Assembly: GCA_028522875.1 (NCBI GenBank)
Contig: GCA_028522875.1_3659.1
Length of the DNA stretch: 64,000 nt
From: a phage
Strand: one strand, 5' to 3'
Shown piece by piece: positions 31,104 through 39,941 of the stretch (position 1 is its first letter; the number at the start of each line of letters is the position of its first letter). The position numbers and the translations under genes were made by a program. The notes under the pieces were generated by a model. The model was not told the DNA's origin and made no database searches. It saw nothing but the letters and a program-made list of their open reading frames with translations.

Positions 31104-31484
31104 TTATGACACTTTGACATAGCGCTCTGACAAAGCTGGGAAGCCAAAAGTAGTGCCTATACTACCATAGGCTATCCACCATTGAAGTTCATCGTGACAC
31201 CATTTTCCGATCAGGAAGGTGCTGGGATAGCGGGTCAGTATTTTGGCATAAGCTTTAGGATCTGCATCTTCTGGGATAATGATGCTTGGAACATCTTTGT
31301 TATGACCACAGCAGCAGTTTAGAGTTTTCAATCCTGCCGCCCATAGACTCATGATAGGTTTAGCCATGCACTTATCAAGGCACACACGTTTTTTGCCGTC
31401 ACGGAGCTTTTTAGGCACATCAACGATAACATTTGGATGCTTGGCACCTTTCACTTTCCAATTATATGATTTACACTTGCACAT
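31104..31484 (-). CDS. hypothetical Cys-rich protein
   Basis: 126 aa; RBS ggagac; Cys cluster CLDKC ... CCCGHN. Confidence 0.45.
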   Translation of the reverse strand: MCKCKSYNWKVKGAKHPNVIVDVPKKLRDGKKRVCLDKCMAKPIMSLWAAGLKTLNCCCGHNKDVPSIIIPEDADPKAYAKILTRYPSTFLIGKWCHDELQWWIAYGSIGTTFGFPALSERYVKVS

Positions 31485-31535
31485 TTAGTCAGTCTCCATC
31501 TAGAAAGCCATACTATTACGTTTTTGAGGCATACC

Positions 31536-31706
31536 TTACTTAAAGTCTTTGTCACCTATCACGATTGCACGAATCCACTCATTGTGATGTTTAATGGCGG
31601 TAAGGTGTAACATAATGCAGTGATTGTCATTGCTAAACACGGTGCGGTAAGCTTTAGCAGCACCATGATATAACTTCCACATCAGGTAATGATATCTTCG
31701 TTTCAT
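31536..31706 (-). CDS. small hypothetical protein (56 aa), translationally coupled to HAD phosphatase gene
   Basis: ATGA start/stop overlap with upstream gene (31703-31706); below the 60 aa track cutoff; found by manual translation. Confidence 0.3.
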   Translation of the reverse strand: MKRRYHYLMWKLYHGAAKAYRTVFSNDNHCIMLHLTAIKHHNEWIRAIVIGDKDFK

Positions 31707-32182
31707 GGCTCTTTCTCCGGCTCAGGGTCTGGGTAATCTTCAATAATAAAGGGCCATCCGTTCCGCTTAGCATCAGACTTGTACTCAATCTCCTTCATTG
31801 CAAACTCTAACTGATTTTTAGCCGGAATACATGCCGGAGAATCATCAATCCAGATATCTGGGTAGATATCAAACTGCGCCAGGTAGGCTGCCTTCTGAAC
31901 ACCGCCAGTATAAAACACCCCAACATCAAGCTCCTTGCGCCAATATTCAATGTCCACGTTGTCTTGAGTGATGAACCGAGAAGTCACAAGGTAGACTGTC
32001 CACCTCTCCTTCTTCAGATCCCTGATCAGGCGGGAGAAGATGAAAGGGCTCGCATTAAACGTTCCATCAAAGTCAATGGCAATGATGTGTGTGCCGTGGC
32101 GAGTCTCATATGGATTGCTCGTGGTAAGATTGCTGTAGTTAAAAGGAACTTCTTCCCCGCAGTAGCTGTAGTCCATATTCAC
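31703..32182 (-). CDS. HAD-superfamily phosphatase (nucleotidase-like)
   Basis: HAD motif I IIAIDFDGT (DxDGT), downstream LVTSR and IWIDDSP (DD motif); RBS gagaaggtg. Confidence 0.55.
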   Translation of the reverse strand: MNMDYSYCGEEVPFNYSNLTTSNPYETRHGTHIIAIDFDGTFNASPFIFSRLIRDLKKERWTVYLVTSRFITQDNVDIEYWRKELDVGVFYTGGVQKAAYLAQFDIYPDIWIDDSPACIPAKNQLEFAMKEIEYKSDAKRNGWPFIIEDYPDPEPEKEP

Positions 32183-32454
32183 ACCTTCTCGTTGATAAAT
32201 TTACGGGCGGTTTGGTGAGTTGTTTCTGCTGTCTTCAGAATGATATTAATCTTATTGTCAAGATCATTCATCTCTGCAGTTAATTCAGGAATCTCTCCAG
32301 CATGCATAGTGAAATCATACATAGACATGCCCAGAATCTCATTGATGCGGCGGTTGCATTCTGCAGCACGCTGGTTCATTTTCCAAGCTAACACCAAAGC
32401 CTCCTGCGTAGCCTCTAGTGCAAAATCTAATACGTCGGCCTCTTCTTTCGTCAT
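32179..32454 (-). CDS. hypothetical protein
   Basis: 91 aa; RBS caggagag; ATGA overlap with downstream gene. Confidence 0.45.
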   Translation of the reverse strand: MTKEEADVLDFALEATQEALVLAWKMNQRAAECNRRINEILGMSMYDFTMHAGEIPELTAEMNDLDNKINIILKTAETTHQTARKFINEKV

Positions 32455-32511
32455 CTCAGTCTCTCCTGTTGTATTGTTGGTAGGTGTATGAATACCTTAT
32501 AACTCACCTTT

Positions 32512-33078
32512 TTATTCAAACTGCAATAGTAAGTCCACCACCGCGCTAGGTCTGTCAACAAATTCCCCAGGTCCACATGCCCACAGAGGGTATCCGTCCA
32601 CATACCTCCAAATCCAACCTGCAGTGTGTAGCTCAAGCAGGGCAGTACCGTCCTTACTGTCAACCACTCTTTCCCACAGTGTTGGGCAGCGAAGCTTGAG
32701 AATCGGATCACCTCCCTTATACCCGTCCATGTAGATACCCATTGCAAAGTTCAGCATCATCTTTTTGTGCACTGATCTCTTACTGAGGGTGCTCATCACT
32801 TCCTCTTTGTGAATGTTTGTAAGCTTCTCTTTGGCTACCCGCAGATCGTTGCAACCATTGTTCAGCAGATCTTCCAGACACTTGATCCGGAGGTCGTGAA
32901 TGTCTTTGTCGTGTACCGTTGGCACAGGGTCGTAGCGGTATAGCACTGTTGATACAAGGTTGCTCGGGTGTGGGTCTGACAGCAACCCATAACCCCAATA
33001 CTCTTCTGTATCTGAAAGGACAAGACACCCAATGTCTCTGTCAAGCTTTCCTGTGTTGTAAGCCACATTGACCGCCAT
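32512..33078 (-). CDS. hypothetical protein
   Basis: 188 aa; RBS ggagc; no recognised motif. Confidence 0.45.
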   Translation of the reverse strand: MAVNVAYNTGKLDRDIGCLVLSDTEEYWGYGLLSDPHPSNLVSTVLYRYDPVPTVHDKDIHDLRIKCLEDLLNNGCNDLRVAKEKLTNIHKEEVMSTLSKRSVHKKMMLNFAMGIYMDGYKGGDPILKLRCPTLWERVVDSKDGTALLELHTAGWIWRYVDGYPLWACGPGEFVDRPSAVVDLLLQFE

Positions 33079-33080
33079 GA

Positions 33081-33326
33081 CTATAGCTCCACTAGCAAAG
33101 TGCTTTCAAAGTGCCGTTCATGCAGACCGTTGTAAGGGACCACTTCCACAACACCATCACGGACATACGGGGCCATCATAGTGGTATAATCTCCAAACGG
33201 GTTGGTATTGTCACTAACCACAACCACCTTCTGCCCTTCCTTGGCAGAGTGCCAAATAGATCTGCACTTCATCAGGTGTTCTAGAGCTCCAGGTAAAATT
33301 TTGTTACGTTCTTTACGGGTCTTCAT
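33081..33326 (-). CDS. hypothetical protein
   Basis: 81 aa; RBS ggagc; overlaps upstream stop. Confidence 0.4.
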   Translation of the reverse strand: MKTRKERNKILPGALEHLMKCRSIWHSAKEGQKVVVVSDNTNPFGDYTTMMAPYVRDGVVEVVPYNGLHERHFESTLLVEL

Positions 33327-33775
33327 AACAGGTATAGCTCCTTATGAAAGTGGTCTTTTAATTTCTCACTGAGAAACTTCTTGATACCTTCCTCTAAAGT
33401 GTTTTCGATGTAGTCCAGCTTAACTGCTTCGATGGACATATCATAGATCGCCAGCTCTAAGCTGTCAAGTCCCATCATAGCATGAACCATAAGATTTTCA
33501 TCTTCAGATACATTCAGTGGACTTCCTATAACATCTGTAGGTAGGATAGTTTCCCAATTATTCTGGGGGGTAGTTCTCCCACCATCCACTTTACGGCGCA
33601 GTTCGAAGGTGTTCTTAGTGTAGAACACTTCATAAGAAACGATACGACTATCGCTTTCATAATAAACGAAGTTCAGGTAGGAGCCTAGCCGCAGTCGGCA
33701 AACTTCTACCCCAAACCATTGTTTCTTATAAGAATTCAGGCTAATGCTGTCGCATTCACGTTTGCTCAACACGGC
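33323..33775 (-). CDS. hypothetical protein
   Basis: ~150 aa; probable GTG start at 33775 preceded by aaggag (track lists TTG at 33772). Confidence 0.4.
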   Translation of the reverse strand, partial: AVLSKRECDSISLNSYKKQWFGVEVCRLRLGSYLNFVYYESDSRIVSYEVFYTKNTFELRRKVDGGRTTPQNNWETILPTDVIGSPLNVSEDENLMVHAMMGLDSLELAIYDMSIEAVKLDYIENTLEEGIKKFLSEKLKDHFHKELYLL

Positions 33776-33788
33776 TATCTCCTTTTTG

Positions 33789-34022
33789 TTAATCTTCGTA
33801 AATCAGGATTTCTGCTTTAGGTTTTCGTGCTTTCAGGTCCAGCTCTATCCAGTGCACCATAGCTGTTTCAAGAAAAACAGCTTGGATGCATCCGTCCTCA
33901 GCGTGCCCCACCAACATAACGAGATCTTCACCTTCGTCATCTGCATCACGAACATAAAGAATCTCTCCAGATTCAAAGTCTTTCACAACCTGATTGCTAG
34001 ATAATTTACGAATTTTTGCCAT
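33789..34022 (-). CDS. hypothetical protein
   Basis: 77 aa ORF in operon context. Confidence 0.4.
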   Translation of the reverse strand: MAKIRKLSSNQVVKDFESGEILYVRDADDEGEDLVMLVGHAEDGCIQAVFLETAMVHWIELDLKARKPKAEILIYED

Positions 34023-34023
34023 A

Positions 34024-34287
34024 TCAGAAACCCTCTAAAAAGCTCTTGTAGAAAACAATCTCAGTATCCACACCAGTCACAATCTTGTCGTTCCTGATTT
34101 CATCGGTAAGATAGGTGTCAAAACGCAGAACCTGTGTGGTGTTGTCACACATCCACTCAGCTGTGACCATTGCGAAAATCTTAGCATCTTCATTATCTGG
34201 TGTGAATGTTACCACCTCACCGCACTTAAACTTTTCGATAGGCTGAGTGTTAGCTTTCGGTTCTGCGATAGTGATTTTTGTGGTCAT
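34024..34287 (-). CDS. small protein, member 3 of a tandem 87-aa paralog triplet
   Basis: 87 aa; RBS aggaggag; shares M(A/T)T...F.s..K.kK......G(T/E)VV ... lp ... vtE.D..I.ilGE pattern with the two upstream genes. Confidence 0.5.
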   Translation of the reverse strand: MTTKITIAEPKANTQPIEKFKCGEVVTFTPDNEDAKIFAMVTAEWMCDNTTQVLRFDTYLTDEIRNDKIVTGVDTEIVFYKSFLEGF

Positions 34288-34550
34288 TATTCTCCTCCTT
34301 CTTTTGAATAGCTTGTCTCTCCAAGGATGGTAATTTTGGTGTCAAGCTCTGTAACTTTCATGTTTGGCGGCAGATCGTACAACTCATTATTTTCTAAATC
34401 GAACCCCCACACACAATGTTCTCCTGTTTTGACAATCATAACTATGTTTTGAATACCGTCTCCGTCGCAACTTACCACGGTCCCACACGGAAAACTGTCT
34501 GCACGCTTTTTGTTCTTCACTTTAGAATTGAATACAATGCTAGTAGCCAT
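34287..34550 (-). CDS. small protein, member 2 of a tandem 87-aa paralog triplet
   Basis: 87 aa; ATGA overlap with neighbours; paralogous to 34024-34287 and 34550-34813. Confidence 0.5.
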   Translation of the reverse strand: MATSIVFNSKVKNKKRADSFPCGTVVSCDGDGIQNIVMIVKTGEHCVWGFDLENNELYDLPPNMKVTELDTKITILGETSYSKEGGE

Positions 34551-34813
34551 TATTGTTCCTCCACCATAACTTCGCCAAGAATTTCTATGCAGGCATCCAT
34601 TTCTGTAACAACCAAACTGTGAGGTAGTTCTACAAACACCTTTCTGAACAGGTCAAATACCCCAACATATATGTTTGCAGGATGTGATTTTACAACAAGT
34701 GCTGTATTCACATCCCCAAGTTCATCAACAAACATCACCACAGTGCCTGGAGCTACTGAGGACAGATACTTCTTAGTTTTACGGTTTGATGCAAATTTTA
34801 ACTCTGTTGCCAT
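34550..34813 (-). CDS. small protein, member 1 of a tandem 87-aa paralog triplet
   Basis: 87 aa; RBS gaggagg; paralogous to the two downstream genes. Confidence 0.5.
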   Translation of the reverse strand: MATELKFASNRKTKKYLSSVAPGTVVMFVDELGDVNTALVVKSHPANIYVGVFDLFRKVFVELPHSLVVTEMDACIEILGEVMVEEQ

Positions 34814-34828
34814 AAATAACCTCCTCTC

Positions 34829-36310
34829 TTACTTAGCGTACTCGATTAATTCCACAGTTTTCCCAAAGCTCGGGATATAATTTTTATTATACCCTTCGGT
34901 TAGAACCCATAAAGTATCGTACTTTTTCCACTTGTTGTCAACAGCCTTTTGTTCAAAGTTATGCTCAAAGTATAGGTCGGTCAGGACGATGACATCTTTT
35001 GCATTCGGTATGTTGGCATCCAGATACTCGAACACGCAAGCAGCTGTTGTGCCCCATGTTGAGTGGACCTCATAGTTAATCATCTCGTCTATGTTGCCGC
35101 GAGTGTATACTTTAACCTCTCCAACCTCAGTTGACCAACAGAACATTGTAACCTTAAACTCTTTATACAGATTGCACAATCCGGTGATTTCATTGAACAT
35201 TTTCTTTAAAGTTCTTTGAGAGATCGAGCCAGAAACGTCTAAAGCCACCACAATATCTATAGTGTTTTCCGGATTACGACCAGGAACAATAACGTGCTGG
35301 TTCTTGTTTATAGCCCCAACTTTTCGCATTGTGCTGGTCAAAGACCCAGATCGGCGACCAGGTTTTCTGTAGGTCAGTTCAGCCTTTCGTTTAGACAACA
35401 TGCGTTGCTTAATGATGTCTATATAGTTGATTACAGGCTTACCTCTGTTCTTGACAAACTCACGCACCGCCTCGGGGCAACGGCCTCCGGACGCTTGCAT
35501 TGCTGCCTCCAGCATATCACCAGAGTCCTGCATGGCCTGATCTTTATCAGATTGGCTGATTACAGGTTGTGGCTGATCATACCCCATAGCTTTTCCAAGA
35601 TCATCACTGGTGCCACCGTTCCCACTCATGTGATCATCTGTTTGTCGCTTATCACCTTGAGAGTTCTCACCTTTACCGTTCTTACTTTTACCGTTATTCT
35701 GATCTCTTTGCTTATCAAGAACTGCATAAACGTTCTCAGCAATCCATCCATGAAACTTCATATCGCAGTAGCAGCTGGCTAAGAAGCCAAAAGGCTTACC
35801 TTTCACGAACGTAGTGCTTTTCCCCTTCGGGAAGAAAACACAAGGAGGCTTGCTAAAGTCCACCACAAGTCCTGTGTTGATAACGTGATCACAAGCAATA
35901 TTGAACAGTTCCGGCTCAAAGCTTTTACCACGGACCAGGTGATCACAGATAATATGCCCCACCTCATGCGACAGAAGAAAGGCCACCTCTTTCACAGATT
36001 TGGGGGAATAGAAAACCTCAGCCATCTCAAACTGCTCGTCAGTTAGAGAAGCCTTAAGAATAGCCTTACGTTCATCAGCCAACCCCATAATGAACTCAGG
36101 ACTGTAATAGATGCGTTTATGGTCGGTTGCCATGGTGGAGCACCATGTATGGTTTTCTACGAACTGCAATCCTGACAGCAGTGTGCCATAAAACGGCAGC
36201 TTTTCAAGGAGATACATACGTGCAGCCTGCAACATTCTCAGGGCATCATCTTTTTGTGAGGCAATGATTTCTGAACTTCTGATATCCATTAAAACTCCAG
36301 AAGGGGCCAT
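34829..36310 (-). CDS. vWA domain protein with N-terminal HExxH metallopeptidase-like motif (DUF2201-like, MoxR partner type)
   Basis: 493 aa; HEVGHIICDH (HExxH); C-terminal vWA MIDAS motif DIVVALDVSGSIS (DxSxS); acidic/Gln-rich linker; start codon sits in a GC hairpin. Confidence 0.55.
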   Translation of the reverse strand: MAPSGVLMDIRSSEIIASQKDDALRMLQAARMYLLEKLPFYGTLLSGLQFVENHTWCSTMATDHKRIYYSPEFIMGLADERKAILKASLTDEQFEMAEVFYSPKSVKEVAFLLSHEVGHIICDHLVRGKSFEPELFNIACDHVINTGLVVDFSKPPCVFFPKGKSTTFVKGKPFGFLASCYCDMKFHGWIAENVYAVLDKQRDQNNGKSKNGKGENSQGDKRQTDDHMSGNGGTSDDLGKAMGYDQPQPVISQSDKDQAMQDSGDMLEAAMQASGGRCPEAVREFVKNRGKPVINYIDIIKQRMLSKRKAELTYRKPGRRSGSLTSTMRKVGAINKNQHVIVPGRNPENTIDIVVALDVSGSISQRTLKKMFNEITGLCNLYKEFKVTMFCWSTEVGEVKVYTRGNIDEMINYEVHSTWGTTAACVFEYLDANIPNAKDVIVLTDLYFEHNFEQKAVDNKWKKYDTLWVLTEGYNKNYIPSFGKTVELIEYAK

Positions 36311-36322
36311 TGGCCCCTGTCA

Positions 36323-37366
36323 TTATTTAACGTGTTTGAAAATACCTGCCAACTCGGTCATTGTCATGCGGGTGGTCTTCATAAGATCTGTCATAGCTTT
36401 CTCCATAATTGGAGATACTACCATAAAGTTTCCTTTAGTGAAACCTTTATTCCAGTCGGTCACCAACAGTGGTTTAAGTCCAGCTCCAAGACGTTCACCA
36501 GTTAAAGCACAGCATTTGCGAATATACGAACTCTTAAATTGGCTGAACGACAGATCAACTTTCATACCTACATCGTAGAACGTTTGACAATAGAAAGTGT
36601 AAGCTTTGGCAATCTCAACATCATCAGGTAGTGCAGGAACCTCTTCTGTAAGCTCCTCTTCGACCTCCTGAGTCTCTTTTTCCTCTTCATGCACCTGTTG
36701 CGTCATTTCTTCAATCTCTTCTGTGATAGGCTCGTTTACAATGTCGGAAATGTGCTTCTTGGGTGCACGATAAGTAACTTTAGACATCGGTAGCATATCT
36801 TCCTCCTCTTCTTCGTCAAAGAGTGCTAGTTTATCCTCTTCCGTTCCATATTGCAAGATGAAATCTTCAAAAGTATAATCACCTTTCAATTTCTCCATAC
36901 GCTCTTCGCTCAGGTGGAGCATCATCTGCTGGACAATTTTTCGATCAGTTTCGTCTTTAATCAAGACTGCAGTCTTTTTATCTACCAGACAGTCCTTTAG
37001 AGAGTTGCATCTCAATCCCACCACACAACAGTTATCAACCGCATAAGGACCTTCATCATCTATCCGCTCCAGAGATGGGTAGAAAGGATTTCCCAGCCCG
37101 TTTTCATCTGTGTGCATGTCAAAAGGTATAAGGGTATAGTCGCATACTCCATCTCCTAAAAGTTTTTTACCAAATAGGAGGTATTCTTCCCATGACAGGT
37201 CGAACTCTATATCTCGTTTCCGTGCATTATTCTGTTTGCGTCTATATTTTTTGAGCAAGCGCTCTAACTCTTCTGGTGTATAATATTTTTCAAGATTCAT
37301 GAGTCGTCTCTCGTGCTCTGTAAGTGAAGAAATCGTATCAATTGTCTCAACAGATGTCAACATCAA
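36323..37366 (-). CDS. HNH endonuclease (HNH_3-like His-Me finger) fused to acidic C-terminal region
   Basis: 347 aa; motif PSLERIDDEGPYAVDNCCVVGLRCNSLK resembles HNH_3 (s.dRId...gY...N...v....N..K); Glu-rich C-terminal half; internal MSKVTYRA repeated at start of gene 38631. Confidence 0.5.
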   Translation of the reverse strand: MMLTSVETIDTISSLTEHERRLMNLEKYYTPEELERLLKKYRRKQNNARKRDIEFDLSWEEYLLFGKKLLGDGVCDYTLIPFDMHTDENGLGNPFYPSLERIDDEGPYAVDNCCVVGLRCNSLKDCLVDKKTAVLIKDETDRKIVQQMMLHLSEERMEKLKGDYTFEDFILQYGTEEDKLALFDEEEEEDMLPMSKVTYRAPKKHISDIVNEPITEEIEEMTQQVHEEEKETQEVEEELTEEVPALPDDVEIAKAYTFYCQTFYDVGMKVDLSFSQFKSSYIRKCCALTGERLGAGLKPLLVTDWNKGFTKGNFMVVSPIMEKAMTDLMKTTRMTMTELAGIFKHVK

Positions 37367-37373
37367 AAACGTG

Positions 37374-37402
37374 TTGACTTTACTCTAACTCCACAATATA
37401 GT
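37374..37402 (+). promoter_or_regulatory. sigma70-like promoter TTGACT-17-TATAGT in divergent intergenic region
   Basis: -35 TTGACT 37374-37379, 17 nt spacer, -10 TATAGT 37397-37402; 40 nt upstream of ATG 37443. Confidence 0.5.
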
Positions 37403-37442
37403 GCACCCATTCGAAAGAAAACTAACATAGGAGCACTTACTT

Positions 37443-38342
37443 ATGGCAAATCTTAACAGTTTTAGTACGCGGTGGAAACAGGACATAACAACCAATCTTT
37501 CAGCTGGGGACATCCTTTCTGCAATTTACGAGGCTTTAGATGATAAAGCTACTTCAAAAGCGGTTTGTACCAACCCACTAATTCCTGTAGTGATGAAGGT
37601 TATTGAGCGCAGATTGGTATCTGGGTCTGATAAGTGGACATATTTAGATAATGAAGGACACACCTATTCCAATGGGTACGTCGATATAAAAGTAGAATAC
37701 GCGGTATCATACCGCCGGAGCGGTTCTGTAACTTTCAACTTCTCTGGAGGTTTTCGATCTCTGGCTACCTCACCTTTTGTTTCCTCAGAGGAGAAGTATG
37801 AGCTACCATTTCTTTGGATGATGGCTAACGCGACAGGAAAAACCCCCGTTAGCATCCGAGTAAAATACAACTACAACGGATCTAGTAAGATCTATGCCGA
37901 AAGTGTCTCAGCAAGTTTTTATTTTGTGATGGGGGATGGAATCCTCAAACATATAAAGATGTGCGATATGCATGATGTTATAAATGAAGTGACTGATAAG
38001 AATGTTCTAGTGAAAGACCTCAACAATTTTTATACACCCGGAGACTATTACGTCAGCCGTCCACTGTGCATCTTTAATGCCGCACACCCTCTAGGTGAGT
38101 ATTTGATCGCCAATAGCGATATTGCCAATAACCGCTTCGAGGTAGCAAGAGTTCAGAATGAGGTATTGACATCTTGCAAGAGCGGTGATAAGTTTACCGA
38201 AGAAGAGATGGGTGTTTTAGAAATGATGGGATATAAGTGTAGCCTTTGGGTAGATGAGGTGTTTAATGATTGCATCTATGGACAGGATATTTACCCATTA
38301 AAGAAGTATACTGATACAAGTTTAATTTATGCGAGGGTTTGA
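37443..38342 (+). CDS. hypothetical protein
   Basis: 299 aa; RBS aggagc; first gene of rightward early block. Confidence 0.5.
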   Translation: MANLNSFSTRWKQDITTNLSAGDILSAIYEALDDKATSKAVCTNPLIPVVMKVIERRLVSGSDKWTYLDNEGHTYSNGYVDIKVEYAVSYRRSGSVTFNFSGGFRSLATSPFVSSEEKYELPFLWMMANATGKTPVSIRVKYNYNGSSKIYAESVSASFYFVMGDGILKHIKMCDMHDVINEVTDKNVLVKDLNNFYTPGDYYVSRPLCIFNAAHPLGEYLIANSDIANNRFEVARVQNEVLTSCKSGDKFTEEEMGVLEMMGYKCSLWVDEVFNDCIYGQDIYPLKKYTDTSLIYARV

Positions 38343-38617
38343 CTATGATGAAGGCATGTGGTAATGTATATTACGTCGGTGAACATGTTCAGGCAGACAG
38401 TGTGTGGAAATCTATTAAGTCCACCACTGACGATGCCTTTCTGAGTGGACTATGTTTCCCCAATCCGGGAGACATCCTCCCCCATCCTGGAGATTTTGTT
38501 GTCAACAAGATGGACGGTTATACCGTGTGCCTGATGGTTGAAAAAATCTTTTTAGACACTAGACACAATCACCGTCTTGTGTTAAAATTTCAAGAATGTA
38601 AAATGACAATTGCCTAA
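38339..38617 (+). CDS. hypothetical small protein
   Basis: 92 aa; ATGA overlap with upstream gene. Confidence 0.4.
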   Translation: MTMMKACGNVYYVGEHVQADSVWKSIKSTTDDAFLSGLCFPNPGDILPHPGDFVVNKMDGYTVCLMVEKIFLDTRHNHRLVLKFQECKMTIA

Positions 38618-38630
38618 GGAGACCTTACCG

Positions 38631-38987
38631 ATGTCTAAAGTTACTTATCGTGCAGCTATTTACTGCAATGAACACCCAATCAATAATGATGGTCACTGCC
38701 TTTTTAAAGAAAATCAATTGGGCTGTATTGTCCTCCCTGATGAAGGGGAAGGTTATCTGATTGCATTGACAGGGTTTGAACCTGAGGCTCTGGAAGCCAA
38801 TCTGGACTACCTGGTAGAAGAGGGTGCTGCAGACCTGGTTGCCAATGGCCTCTCCATAAGCCTTGACGAAGTAGAGCGCTTCATGGGCAATTACCGTGTA
38901 GTGCGTGAGTTTACTATCGAGGTGGAAACTCCCGAGTGGAGTAGCACTGAAACTAATGCCGAAGAAAAAGAAGAGGAGGTAGAATAA
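38631..38987 (+). CDS. hypothetical acidic protein; start region duplicated (inverted) inside HNH gene
   Basis: ATG 38631 with RBS aaggag (track start 38610 less likely); N-terminus MSKVTYRA encoded by 29-nt sequence identical to 36764-36792 on opposite strand. Confidence 0.45.
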   Translation: MSKVTYRAAIYCNEHPINNDGHCLFKENQLGCIVLPDEGEGYLIALTGFEPEALEANLDYLVEEGAADLVANGLSISLDEVERFMGNYRVVREFTIEVETPEWSSTETNAEEKEEEVE

Positions 38988-39244
38988 TGAAAATACAGAT
39001 CTTGACTAATGCCGAGAAGATGTTTATTGAAGATACACCTTTTGAAGCTGGTGAGCTACAGTTCGTTTATTTTGTTGACTTAGATAAGGTGTTTCCTGCA
39101 CTGAATCTAGGTTTGGATGAAGTTCCTCATAAGGTTTTGTGCCAAGTTGTTCGTGCCTTAGCGGCAGAGGGGGAGTTCCACACCCTTCAAGATGTCCAGA
39201 CCTACGGGTATCTTGAACTACAACGAGAAGAAGAGGTGGACTGA
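38987..39244 (+). CDS. hypothetical protein
   Basis: 85 aa; ATGA overlap; acidic C-terminus. Confidence 0.4.
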   Translation: MKIQILTNAEKMFIEDTPFEAGELQFVYFVDLDKVFPALNLGLDEVPHKVLCQVVRALAAEGEFHTLQDVQTYGYLELQREEEVD

Positions 39245-39246
39245 TA

Positions 39247-39627
39247 ATGGCTCAGTGGAAGACAACAGTTGACCTTCATGATCAGTGGTTAGGACGCATC
39301 ACTGAAGACGGGAAGCTAGTGGAGTGGGACAATAAGCATGTTAGCGAGTTGGCAAGTATTGTGGCTGGCAAGTTACGCTCCAAGTTCCCTGAACAACTGG
39401 ATCCTGATAGTTCAAAGTTCGATCCTGAGTTGGAGGATGTTGTATACTACTTCGATACCGTGGATGACTACGATGCGTGGTTTGCAGCACGGGAGCTTTA
39501 CCCACAAGGCTCTGCTATGCGCCAGATGGAAGAAGATTATCCTCCGTGTGAGCAATTCAATAGTGCAATGACTTGCCTCTATGATTGGGCAGATAAGAAC
39601 CTTGTCTGGATTCGGACTGCATTTTAG
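39247..39627 (+). CDS. hypothetical protein
   Basis: 126 aa ORF in operon context. Confidence 0.45.
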   Translation: MAQWKTTVDLHDQWLGRITEDGKLVEWDNKHVSELASIVAGKLRSKFPEQLDPDSSKFDPELEDVVYYFDTVDDYDAWFAARELYPQGSAMRQMEEDYPPCEQFNSAMTCLYDWADKNLVWIRTAF

Positions 39628-39671
39628 TGGGCAGGAATGGCGGCAAGGATGCTGCTTAAGGAGTAGTAGAG

Positions 39672-39941
39672 ATGTTATACCAGCAATATGAACTTCGTGC
39701 AGAAAAAGAGTTAAATTTTGACAAAGATATTCACAGATATTATTATGGGAAAGTTAGAGGGCAAGCAAGAAAGTGTACTCCAACACTCTTTTATGCCAGC
39801 AGACGACTAGCGCCAGAAGAGGCAACAGCAGAAAGGGTTGCGTACAACTGGAGAGTCACGTATGATATTGACAGATTCGATGTGATATCTGTTTTGGAAA
39901 ACTTTGAAAACACTTACACACAAGTAGAGGACTTTTACTAA
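39672..39941 (+). CDS. hypothetical protein
   Basis: 89 aa; RBS aaggag. Confidence 0.45.
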   Translation: MLYQQYELRAEKELNFDKDIHRYYYGKVRGQARKCTPTLFYASRRLAPEEATAERVAYNWRVTYDIDRFDVISVLENFENTYTQVEDFY

